In this document: positions 30,674 through 40,837 of the stretch, piece after piece | How positions within the stretch are numbered: the first letter of the stretch is position 1 | How the letters are laid out: every line of letters begins with the position of its first letter | Source of the DNA: Eledone cirrhosa | Taxonomy: Eukaryota | Direction of reading: 5' to 3' | Length of the DNA: 64,000 bases | Assembly: GCA_964016885.1 (NCBI GenBank) | Contig: OZ024741.1 | Span: 12,772,001-12,836,000, forward strand | The notes under the pieces: model-generated | The model's database searches: none | What the model was told of the DNA's origin: nothing | Seen by the model: the letters and a program-made list of their open reading frames with translations, nothing else | Position numbers and translations under genes: made by a program

Positions 30674-30756
30674 TATTATTATAGAAATGATTTCTAGAGA
30701 ACTATTTCATTCGTAAGAAATCCACAGAAATGTGAACGTCTCAAATCAAGCGACCA

Positions 30757-30940
30757 TAATAATTGTTTCTACTTTAGGCACAAGGCCAGCAATTACAGTG
30801 CATTACTGGTACTTTATTTTATCGACCCGGTAAGGATGAAAGGCAAAGTTAACCTCGGCGGGATTTGAACTCAGACCGTAAAGGGACGTAACTATGCTGG
30901 AAAGTATGGCGTCCGACCCTCTTCCGATACTGCCAATTCA
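30757..30940 (-). mobile_element. tRNA-SINE family A
   Basis: Reverse complement of the copies at 34638, 34835 and 46062. Confidence 0.9.
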
Positions 30941-31360
30941 AACACACACAAGGTCAGTAATTTGGGGGTGGACAACGGAGCAGAGTTGGGTGCCGCCTCC
31001 GTGTCAATGCATCCTCCATCCTGTCAGCCGGGAACCTTGAGTTAGTTGGTTGTGGGAGATACTCGTTCGGACATCACTTCTACAAACTAAAGTATATTTA
31101 CAAACATAAATAAACTCGTTCAAGTAATAAATTAATTCAACCCAGTAATAAATTGATCTCACTCCGAAGAATGAAAGGTAAATTTAGTGAAGTGGAAAAA
31201 GTCGACAAAAGTGCCCCTGTCCATCTTTTCCCCCCTTAAGGGGTATTTTAGCTGAGTTTAACTATTATTATTATTAATGTTTCATAAGTCAATTGTTTAT
31301 ATATATATATTGTTATACTTGGAGAGAGTCATCACTGTATATATATATATATATATATAT

Positions 31361-31626
31361 ATTTGTTTTGCGAGGTTTTTTATATGAAATCGTGTGTCGA
31401 AACAAATATTGTTATACTTGGGGTGGGTCATATTGTTGTAATAATATTGTCAGAAATAATAACAACACACTCACTATTTGGTAAAAGATACAGAAGCGAA
31501 AACCAACCAAATAGTGAGTGTGTTCTGTTATTATTTCTGACAATATTATTACAACAATATGACCCTCCCCAAGTATAACAATATTTGTTTCGACAAAACG
31601 ATTTCATATAAAAAAAAACCTTGCAA

Positions 31627-31633
<7 letters not shown>
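31361..31633. repeat. Long inverted repeat, ~122 bp arms, ~24 bp loop, bounded by (TA)n
   Basis: ATTTGTTTTGCGAGG...CTCACTATTTGGT versus ACCAAATAGTGAG...CCTTGCAAAACAAAT. Confidence 0.92.
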
Positions 31634-31662
<29 letters not shown>

Positions 31663-31664
<2 letters not shown>

Positions 31665-33313
31665 GGAAAATTTGAACAGGAACAAAACAGAGAGGCAGTA
31701 CAACGAATGTTTATTAATTTCACGCTCTGGAGAGTGGGGTGGTGGTGGGGAACGACGTTTCGGGCATAAGCCCTTCTTCAGGTGAAAAGTGTGTGGGAAG
31801 AGAGTTCAAAGGGTGTGTAGGGGAGTGGTGGAGAGACATATAGCGAAAAGGGGGTGGGAGGAAACGGTGCGAATGAAATTAAAAATAAAAGCATGATCAA
31901 AATAAAATAAAATTAAAATGGGGTAAAACAGGTGGTGTGGGGTGTGTAGGGGTGGTGGCGGGTGGAGTGGGGAGAGGGAGACGGGGTGTCCGAGCGGGGA
32001 GGGCTGAAGGTGGTGTGTGTGTGTAGGTGTACGTGTGTGTGTGTGTATCTGAAAGCAAGGGTTGGGGGAAGAACGGGGTTGCATGTTCAGGAAGAGGTGT
32101 GTGTGGGGTGGGGTGTAGGTCGGAGTGTGTGTGCGTGTGTGGATAGAGGGGTGGGGGGAGAGGAATCCGGAGGCTGAAGGTGTAAATATGTGGTGGAAAG
32201 CACGTGTGTGTGGGGTTTAAGCGTGTTGTGGGTGTAGGTGGCGTGTGGGAAAACAATGTTTTGGGGGTGTGTGTGTGGGTGAGTTATAAAGGTGATTCCG
32301 TAAGATGTGGTTGAAAGGTTGGTAAACTCCTAGGATGGTAGTTGATTCCGCGGTCAAGCTCCACATACGAGTAATCCATGAAGAGATGGTCGGAAGAGGA
32401 GAGATATGGGGTGCGCGCGCAACAGGAAGTGGTCAAGGCGGTAGGAGTGCTGTGTGTCTGTGTGTGCTGGGAGGTGGTCAGAGGGCATAGCAGCAGTAGG
32501 GTGGAATGGTAAAGGGCGAGGATGGGTAGGTGTGAAAGTTGGAGTGAGGAGGGTGTGTGTATGTATTAGTAGAGGTGTTAGTGGGATGAGTGAGTGTGGA
32601 GACAGGGTGTGGGTGGAGCGGGGAGAGAAGGATGTGGGGGTCGATGGAGGGAGTGTGGTGTACTGGTGTGTGTGTGTAGTTTGATGAAGGGGGTGTTAGT
32701 GGGTGTTAGTATACGGGAGGTGGAGAAAGGGTTGAATGCAGGTGTGAGTGGGGGTTAGTGGTGGTAGGGTGTGTAGAGTTGGTGGTGTACGAGGGTGTGT
32801 GGGTGCGTGGGGTTGGGGGGTGTTAGTGATGTTAGTTGCGTGTGGGGTGGGTGGTGTAAGTGGGTGCGTGTGTTCGTGTGCTTGGGGTCAGGGGGTGTTA
32901 GTGATGTTAGTTGTGGGGTGGTGGGATGGATGTGTGGGGGTGAGGGTTAGTGGTGGTAGTAGGGTGTGTGTTTAGTGTGAGCGCGTGTATATATGTGCCG
33001 GTGGGTGTGTGCGTGTGATAAGGAGGCGGGGAAGAGAAGAAGGGAGGGATGTTAGTATGTTAGTTGGGGAAGGGTGGTCGGATGAGGGGTGGAGTGGAGG
33101 TGTTAGTATTGTTAGTTGTGGGGTGGGCGGTGAAAAGGAGGGGTGTGTTAGTGGTGTTAGTTGGGGATATGTGTGGGGGGAGGGGGGCGGTCGAAGGCTA
33201 AAGGAATAAGGGTGGGGAGTTCAGGCCGGGGGGAGTGTGGGTCTGTAAGATGAAGATGGTTCTTTGTTCAACTCTGAGGAGATTGGCGGGTGTTCCGTGG
33301 GATTGGAGTAGGC

Positions 33314-33314
<1 letters not shown>
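31663..33314 (-). mobile_element. 5'-truncated Penelope-like element: endonuclease C-terminus plus long C/A-rich tail ending near a hammerhead motif
   Basis: Minus 33314 to about 33198 reads GLLQSHGTPANLLRVEQRTIFILQTHTPPGLNSPPLFL*, the PLE GIY-YIG tail (cf. 27480-27567). Both ends lie in (TA)n. Confidence 0.75.
31751..31784 (-). ncRNA. Minimal type I hammerhead ribozyme
   Basis: Minus strand cac-CUGAAGA-a-GGGC uuau GCCC-GAAA-CG-UC-guu. Palindromic ACGU stem III, typical of PLE minimal hammerheads. Stem I is weak. Confidence 0.75.
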
Positions 33315-33345
<31 letters not shown>

Positions 33346-33387
33346 AAAATAAATAAGTCAAATGTTTAAAATTTGGCTTCATTTATT

Positions 33388-33442
33388 ACTGCTATATATA
33401 TTTCGGTGACAGCCATCATTGGCTGTGACCTCTTCAGGCAGT
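33388..33442 (-). ncRNA. Type I hammerhead ribozyme (left arm)
   Basis: acugc-CUGAAGA-g-gucACAGCCA auga UGGCUGUcac-c-GAAA-UAUAUA-UA-gcagu. 5 bp stem I and palindromic stem III. Confidence 0.85.
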
Positions 33443-33617
33443 CCGAATTAGTGTTGAAGAGACGAGTACACATGATGTTGAGGTGTTTAACTTTGTCAAT
33501 ACTCTGATATGCCCAGTTCCTGAAATAACAACCCAACCAGGAACTGGACATATCAGAGTATTGACAAAGTTAAACACCTCAACATCATGTGTACTCGTCT
33601 CTTCAACACTAATTCGG

Positions 33618-33672
33618 ACTGCCTGAAGAGGTCACAGCCAAAGATGGCTGTCACCGAAATATATATTGCAGT
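33618..33672 (+). ncRNA. Type I hammerhead ribozyme (right arm; UU at the cleavage site)
   Basis: acugc-CUGAAGA-g-gucACAGCCA aaga UGGCUGUcac-c-GAAA-UAUAUA-UU-gcagu. Confidence 0.8.
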
Positions 33673-33809
33673 AATAAACGAAGCCAAATTTTAAACATTT
33701 GACTTATTTATTTTATTTTATTTTACATTACTCCGGAGTAACCAAACCAACCTGCGCACTTCGTCGAGTGCTCCAATCTGCATACTGAGGTGTGGAATAC
33801 AACCAACAT

Positions 33810-33843
<34 letters not shown>

Positions 33844-34102
33844 CAGTGGCGAAGGGTAACCTGGAAAGCAGGGCATGCAGTCCAATCGCCATGGCGGAAA
33901 GTGGGGCTGTGCAGCCTTACCCCCCCCCCCCCAATTCCCTCTAAATGACCCTCCCGGTCAAAGCCGCATGTAATGTTATCTAGTGTGTGTGTATTATCTT
34001 TTTATGTGTCTACGATTTAGAAAGCAGCCAAAATTCTGCTTGCTTAAACCGACGCAATTGATCAACTCAAGATTCTATAACGCATGCACGCACCCTTCGC
34101 CG

Positions 34103-34105
<3 letters not shown>
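33844..34105. mobile_element. MITE with CAGTGGCG-type TIRs (hAT-like), ~262 bp
   Basis: CAGTGGCGAAGGGT versus ACCCTTCGCCGCTA (12/14 match). Inserted in a microsatellite. Confidence 0.65.
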
Positions 34106-34148
<43 letters not shown>

Positions 34149-34341
34149 GTTATTCCGGGTTGAATCGGAGGTAACCACAGTAAGTAAGGTAATGAATGAA
34201 ACAGTTCTAGTCCTGTAGAATCTCATCTATATATATATATATATTCTAGCTTTAGGTAACTAAGACCCTATCCCCAGGGAAAGTTGCTTGTGAAGTGTTC
34301 TTATTTTAGATTACTTTATTGGGATCTTATAAGATGTTCTT

Positions 34342-34372
<31 letters not shown>

Positions 34373-34637
34373 TTATCCCGGGTTCAATCGGGGGTAACCA
34401 GAGTAAAGTACTCAATACACAGCAGAGTATAAATACTTGATATAGAAATGACTTCTACCGGACTAGAACTGTTTCATTCTCCCGAATAGTTGAGAAACTC
34501 AGGTAAAATACGCCACTTCACTAAATCTATCTTTCATTCTTCCGGGTGAGATCAAGTGATGTGTTGGGTTGACATGACTATAAAAATCGAAGCTTGTTTG
34601 CATAATTGCAAACGAATCGAATGTTATTATTAATATG

Positions 34638-35035
34638 GCTTGGCAGTATCGGTAGAGGGTCGGACGCCATGTTCTGTAGCATAGAGTTACGGCCCTTTAT
34701 GATCTGAGTTCAAATCCCGCCGAGGTTAACTTTGCCTTTCATCCTTAAGGGGTTGATACAATAAAGTACCAGTAATACACTGGGATAACAGCTGGCCTTG
34801 TGCCAAAAGTAGAAACCATTATTAATATTCGAAAAGGGCGGTGGATTGGCAGTATCGGTAGAGGGTCGGACGCCATGCTTTCCAGCATAGTTACGTCCCT
34901 TTACGATCTAAGATCAAATCCCGCCGAGGTTGACTTTGCCCTTCATCCTTACGGGGTCGATAAAATAAAGTACCAGTAATGCACTGGGTAATTACTGGCC
35001 TTGTGCCTAAAGTAGAAACATTTATTAATATTCGA
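34638..35035 (+). mobile_element. Two tandem tRNA-SINE family A copies (Nin/Deu-like central domain)
   Basis: A-box-like TGGCAGTATCGG, B-box GAGTTCAAATCC, core GCCTTTCATCCTTACGGGGTCGATAAAATAAAGTACCAG, tail GGCCTTGTGCCAAAAGTAGAAAC. Confidence 0.9.
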
Positions 35036-35102
35036 AAAACTCAGATTACATTTATTGTATTCAGCCAATTTTCTTTATATATATATATATATATATAATG
35101 TA

Positions 35103-35188
<86 letters not shown>

Positions 35189-35312
35189 ATATATATATAT
35201 AAAATGTATATATATATATATATATATAAAATGTATATATATATATATATATACATTTTATAGTAAAAAAAGTCCAGGAAAAAAGAGTGCTCTATGTAGG
35301 TAACAGAGCTTA

Positions 35313-35394
35313 ATAGTTATGTAATAAACAACATAAGGCAATTATTCCACTGGTAAATGGAATAATTGCCTTATGTTGTTTATTACATAACTAT
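35313..35394. repeat. Perfect hairpin, 37 bp arms, 8 nt loop
   Basis: ATAGTTATGTAATAAACAACATAAGGCAATTATTCCA-ctggtaaa-TGGAATAATTGCCTTATGTTGTTTATTACATAACTAT. Confidence 0.95.
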
Positions 35395-35546
35395 ATATAT
35401 ATATAAAATGTACATATATATATATATAAAATGTATATATATATAAAATGTATATATATATATATAAAATGTATATATATATATAAAATGTATGTGTATA
35501 TATATATATATATAAAATGTATGTATATATATATATATATAAAATG

Positions 35547-36158
35547 TCAGGTCACCAGTTGGTGCTACTGGTAACATGTATCCCAGTACAACCTGTCCCA
35601 TGGTCGGGTCGTTGGCGACTAAACTGGCAACCCCACCAAGGTTTCTTGGTGAGGAGGGTGACTTTGGACATCCTGCAGGACTAAAAACAAAACCTGTCAA
35701 AGTGCAAAGGAGCTCTTTAGAGTCAATGGCCATCCAAAATCACTGGGAGAGATGACCCCTTAGCCTTTGTCAAGGCAGAATTCTAGGAGAAGGAAAACTC
35801 TGATATAACACCTGCAACTCTGATGGTATCCAATGATGTTGACTTGTTCTTCTTTTTGGTAAATAACATCTTGGTTAAGAGAGTGGGACTGGCTTTGTGC
35901 AGTGCCTTTGCTCACTATAAAAGCTTCACGGCACAGGCATTGCTTTGTATCTGGAGATCTCTCTGCACTTGTCGTCACATGGTACCATGGGCCCAGCACT
36001 ATGTGTCAATAATTGTCACAGGTGTAGTGTTTGTACCAGAGTTTTCAAGTCGCTGGCTGGACTAAAAAGTCACACTCGTTCAGCGCATTGGTAGGGGTTC
36101 TCCTACATGGATATAATGTAGTGGCCGTACTCGAAAACGAGTTGGCAGCCACCACCAT
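35547..36158 (+). mobile_element. Probable LINE/SINE fragment (RTE 5'UTR-like) inserted in microsatellite
   Basis: GC-richer island in (TA)n with GGCGACTAAACTGGCAACCCC and GAGAAGGAAAACTCTGAT, reminiscent of RTE 5' UTRs. Confidence 0.4.
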
Positions 36159-36344
36159 ATATAAAATGTATATATATATAAAATGTATAAAATATATATA
36201 TATATATATATAAAATGTATATATATATATATAAAATGTATATATATATATAAAATGTATATATATATATATATAAAATGTATATATATATATATATAAA
36301 ATGTATATATATATATATATAAAATGGATATATATATATATAAA

Positions 36345-36383
<39 letters not shown>

Positions 36384-36536
36384 ATATATATATATATATA
36401 AAATGTATATATATATATATATAACATGTGTATATATATATATATATAAAATGGATATATAAATATATATAAAATGTATATATATATATATATAAAATGT
36501 GTATATATATATATAACATGTATATATATATATAAA

Positions 36537-36575
<39 letters not shown>

Positions 36576-36601
36576 ATATATATATATATATATATAAAAT
36601 G

Positions 36602-36633
<32 letters not shown>

Positions 36634-36692
36634 ATATATATATATATAAAATGTGTATATATATATATATAAAATGTGTATATATATATATA
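36159..36692. repeat. Compound (TA)n-AAATG microsatellite (also 35077-35255, 35395-35546, 37204-37842, 39516-39700)
   Basis: (TA)n tracts punctuated by AAAATG. Confidence 0.95.
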
Positions 36693-36936
36693 TTAGAAAG
36701 ATCGAGTATCGAAAAATCGGCGCACGAGTTCACGATAAACAATATTCGAAATGAGCGGCAGAGGGCTCAATAATTCAGATGAATCAGAGCTATAACTATC
36801 GTTAAAATACCGTCACACATAGAACAAGTCTACAATCAACCATACGATAAAAAATCGATAATAGAAGATTCGGGACAAACAGATAAAAAATATCAATAAA
36901 ACAATACATCAATAATTTAAATGAATGTAAAATCAT

Positions 36937-37071
36937 ACCCGGACCCACTAGAAAGGTGTTAAATCTAGCTTCATGGGTTTCTGTAAATCCTTAGACTGTA
37001 CTCTATCAGCTCACATATAAATATAAAAGCCTACTAGAGCAAGAGGAATGGAGTTTACTTCATCAACGAGC
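36937..37071 (-). ncRNA. Type I hammerhead ribozyme with extended stems II and III (C3U variant)
   Basis: gcucg-UUGAUGA-a-GUAAAcUCC...GGAUUUAC-a-GAAA; stem III ACCCA..CUAGA/UCUAG-UGGGU; C17; stem I gcucg/cgggu. Confidence 0.75.
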
Positions 37072-37320
37072 TTTTTTCCTAGCGGATAAGGGGCTAACCA
37101 CCAGTGAAATACGCACATGGCATTCGACAAGGGAGATAACCTCTACATCCGCGAAAACTATTCGAGGAAATGTGGAAATACACATATCGAATAAGAGTGC
37201 TCAATATATATATAAAATGTGTATATATATATATATATAAAATGCGTATATATATATATATATATATAAAATGCGTATATATATATATATATATATAAAA
37301 TGTGTATATATATATATAAA

Positions 37321-37352
<32 letters not shown>

Positions 37353-37356
37353 AATG

Positions 37357-37388
<32 letters not shown>

Positions 37389-37842
37389 ATATATATATAT
37401 ATAAAATGTATATATATATATATATAAAATGTATATATATATATATATAAAATGTATATATATATAAAATGTATGTATATATATATAAAATGTATGTATA
37501 TATCTATAAAATGTATATATATATATATAAAATGTATATATATATATATAAAATGTATGTATATATATATAAAATGTATGTATATATATATAAAATGTAT
37601 ATATATATATATAAAATGTATATATATATATATAAAATGTATATATATATATATATATAAAATGTATATATATATATATATATATAAAATGTATATATAT
37701 ATATATATATAAAATGTATATATATATATATATATATATAAAATGTATATATATATATATATATATAAAATGTATATATATATATATATATATATAAAAT
37801 GTATATATATATATATATATAAAATGTATATATATATATATA

Positions 37843-39280
37843 TGGGTGCATAAAAGATGTAGTGGGATCATGGGTAAGCTAACTAAGAACATAGATTTTA
37901 CATGTGGCCGGTGCTCTGGTGCAATAAGTAGCAGCAAGTGCCCACAAAAATACTAGCTCCTTCAACTGCGCAGAGGGTTCTATAGAAATAGTGGACAGCT
38001 TCCGTTACCTGGGTGACAAAATCAGCAGTGGGGGAGGGTGCTCTGAAAGTACAGTAGCTAGAGTCAGAACTGGATGGAAAAAGTTCAGAGAGCTTATACC
38101 ACTATTGGCCGCTAGAGGGTTCTCCCTAAAAATGAAAGGCAGGTTATACGATGCCTGCATACGAACAGCAATGCTGCATGGCAGTGAGACCTGGGCATTG
38201 TGTGCAGAGGATATACGCAGACTAGAGAGGAACGAAGCTTGCATGCTCCGCTGGATGTGCAATAGTAATATACGTGAACGGCAAAGCATAAACAAACTAA
38301 GGAAAAAATTAGAAATAAGAGGGATCAGATGTTGTTTACTCGAGAGAAGGCTACGTTGCTACGGTCACGTGATGCGCATGAAAGACGATAGCTGTATAAC
38401 AAAGTGCAGGGCAATAAAGATAGACGGTAGCCACGGAGTAGGCAGACCCAGAAAAACATGGGACGAGCTGATAAATTCCGACCTCACACGCTTACACCTC
38501 TCCAAGACAATGTCACTGGACCGAGACCTTTGGCGGTACTCAGTAATAGAGAAGACCCGCCTTACCTAAATACAAAGTAAAAACCTACTACAGTCAGTAG
38601 GCATCTCTATCAAAACACACCCCCGTCCCACCACCTCCACCCCATCCACACCGCCCCTTTCAATGTAAAGTTATGTTGGTCCCACAACATCCAGGCCGAA
38701 ACAAATGAGATCGTGTAGGTGTCACGACAAAAAAAACACACAGTCCACGCTGTAAATGTGGCCATGTAGGCAACACAGTAAAAACCTCCCAGCCCCACAC
38801 TGTAAATGTGGTTGGTGTTAGGAAGGGCATCCAACTGTAGAAAACCTGCCAGACAGTCCACGCTGTAATGTGGCCGTGTAGGCAACACGGTAAAAACCTC
38901 CCAGCCCCACACTGTAAATGTGGTTGGTGTTAGGAAGGGCATCCAGCTGTAGAAAACCCGCCAGACAGTCCACGCTGTAATGTGGCCGTGTAGGCAACAC
39001 GGTAAAAACCTCCCAGCCCCACACTGTAAATGTGGTTGGTGTTAGGAAGGGCATCCAGCTGTAGAAAACCCGCCAGACAGTCCACGCTGTAATGTGGCCG
39101 TGTAGGCAACACGGTAAAAACCTCCCAGCCCCACACTGTAAATGTGGTTGGTGTTAGGAAGGGCATCCAGCTGTAGAAAACCCGCCAGACAGTCCTATGC
39201 GAGCAAGACAATCACTCTTGCCTCAAGTGGGAAAACCCCCGTCCAAACCCATGCAAGCGTGGAACACGGACGTTAAACGT

Positions 39281-39317
<37 letters not shown>
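37843..39317 (+). mobile_element. 5'-truncated RTE-clade LINE: RT C-terminal region, 3'UTR and (GAT)n tail
   Basis: FRYLGD..SE..ARVRTGWKKFREL..KGRLY..MLHGSETW..YGHVMR..GRPRKTW..DRDLWR (37991-38569). Ends GGACGTTAAACG(TGA)n. Confidence 0.92.
38741..39195 (+). repeat. 112 bp tandem quadruplication inside the RTE 3'UTR
   Basis: CAGTCC at 38741, 38854, 38966, 39078 and 39190. Single copy in the paralog at about 53740-53853. Confidence 0.92.
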
Positions 39318-39324
39318 AATGTAT

Positions 39325-39644
39325 ATAGGAACGAGTAGGACCCTGACGGCTGAGCTCAAGCCGTTTCGACGGCTAATTCTGGACTAAATGCCGTCGAAAC
39401 TGCTTGAGCTCAGCCGTCAGGGTCCTACTCGTTCCTATTACCCACTCTACTACCCTAAGTATTGAGTACTTTGGTGCGTTATGGTCCACCTGGTTCCTTA
39501 TCACATTTCCTTCGTTATAAAATGTATATATATATATATAAAATATATATATATATAAAATGTATATATATATATATATATATAAAATGTATGTATATAT
39601 AATATAAAATGTATGCATATATATATATATATATAAATGTATAT

Positions 39645-39703
<59 letters not shown>

Positions 39704-39894
39704 CGAAGGAGATGTGGTAAGGAACCAAATGGACCATAACGCACCAGGGTACTCAATACTTAGGGTAGTAGAGTGGGAAATAGGAAAAAGTATGACCCCG
39801 ACGGCAGAGCTCAAGCCGTTTCGACGGCTATTTCTGGACTGAAATAGCCGTTGAAACGGTTGAGCTCTGCCGTCGGGGTCATACTTTTTCTTAT
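39325..39894. repeat. Two inverted copies of a hairpin-capped repeat end around a (TA)n tract
   Basis: Hairpins at 39325-39438 and 39780-39894. Unique arms 39437-39518 and 39700-39783 are reverse complements. Confidence 0.9.
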
Positions 39895-39906
39895 ATATAT
39901 ATATAT

Positions 39907-40655
39907 AAATACAATATTGGAGAAAGCTTTTTAGCGATACTCCGACCAAATTCCAAGTCACTCAACAAACAGTAGGAAATAAGTGATTATATTCCCAATT
40001 ATGTGTTCGGGGTGCTAACTAAAAGTATTGCGTGGAAAATTGGCTTTATTATTTCAAATGAGACATATCTAATATATCTCTTCCCAGACGGACGTCTCGT
40101 TTCATTATAGGATTCCTACAATTTGGGTGAAATTATCCCAATTTATGTAGGAGCTTGTATACCATCAATAGATATATATTCAAGTGGGCTCCTATAATTC
40201 ATCAGTGGGTGCCCCAATAATACTAATATTGATGATCTAACCAACATCAGCATTTAGCGATAATCACTTTCTGTGCCTGAGGTATCTGTCAGGTTGCCAG
40301 TCCAGCAGTTCTAAAGAAGTGCTCGAACTGATTCAAAAGATGAGGAAGTGAATTACCGCCAAAAAAAACAATACATGCGCGTGACAATGAACTCTGAAAG
40401 GAATTCAGGCCACGTGCTAAGAACTCAATTGGAAATTGAAAAAATATCTGTGTGTACAACATTTGATGACACACACAGATATTTTCTCGGGCAAAATAAC
40501 AGAATGAGATACAAGGAACAATCAATATTCATATATAAAAAATAAACAAAGAAATGCTAACCTTATACCAGGAATGTTTTTCAAATCTGCTGCGCCAAGA
40601 GTAAATAGATAAATACAATATCGGAGAAAGCTTTTTGGCGATACTCCGGCCAAAT
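39907..40655 (-). mobile_element. Terminally redundant 704 bp unit with a hammerhead (retrozyme or Penelope pLTR-like)
   Basis: 45 bp direct repeats at 39907-39951 and 40611-40655 (3 transitions). (TA)n flanks. Internal hammerhead. No long ORF. Confidence 0.75.
40083..40209 (-). ncRNA. Type I hammerhead ribozyme with branched long stem II
   Basis: ccca-CUGAUGA-AUUAUAGGA..(two internal hairpins)..UCCUAUAAU-GAAA-CG agacguc CG-UC-uggg. Fully canonical core and a perfect 9 bp stem II base. Confidence 0.88.
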
Positions 40656-40731
40656 ATATATATATATATATAATAAATCAGGAAAGAAGAGTGACAAGGT
40701 TTGCTATACAAAAAAGGTTTTTAATCTCATT

Positions 40732-40837
40732 GCTGACAATTGTTTCTCTGAACTGGTAGGTCTAGAGATCGCGACCCGCCTGTTTTCGCGTCATTCGATC
40801 ACCAATACATAGTTGTAACCAGTCAATTCATCGGAGC
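40732..40837 (-). ncRNA. Type I hammerhead ribozyme (U4C variant), long stem II
   Basis: gcu-CCGAUGA-a-uUGACUGGU...ACCAGuUCAga-GAAA-C aauu G-UC-agc. Palindromic ACAAUUGU stem III. Confidence 0.75.

Larger units (their letters stand above)
33341..33722. repeat. Near-perfect palindrome, ~182 bp arms, 15 nt loop (33523-33537), Penelope-type inverted end
   Basis: Arms match base for base with only a few mismatches. Each arm contains a hammerhead motif. Confidence 0.95.

Noticed and set aside
31790-33200. G/T-rich ORFs or telomere-like GGTTAG/GTTAG motifs
   Set aside because: Low-complexity tail of the Penelope-like element; no tandem TTAGGG array.
34638-35035. tRNA genes suggested by A/B boxes
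   Set aside because: No cloverleaf; the boxes belong to multi-copy SINE heads.
35041-39961. YIYI-rich ORFs
   Set aside because: (TA)n microsatellite translations.
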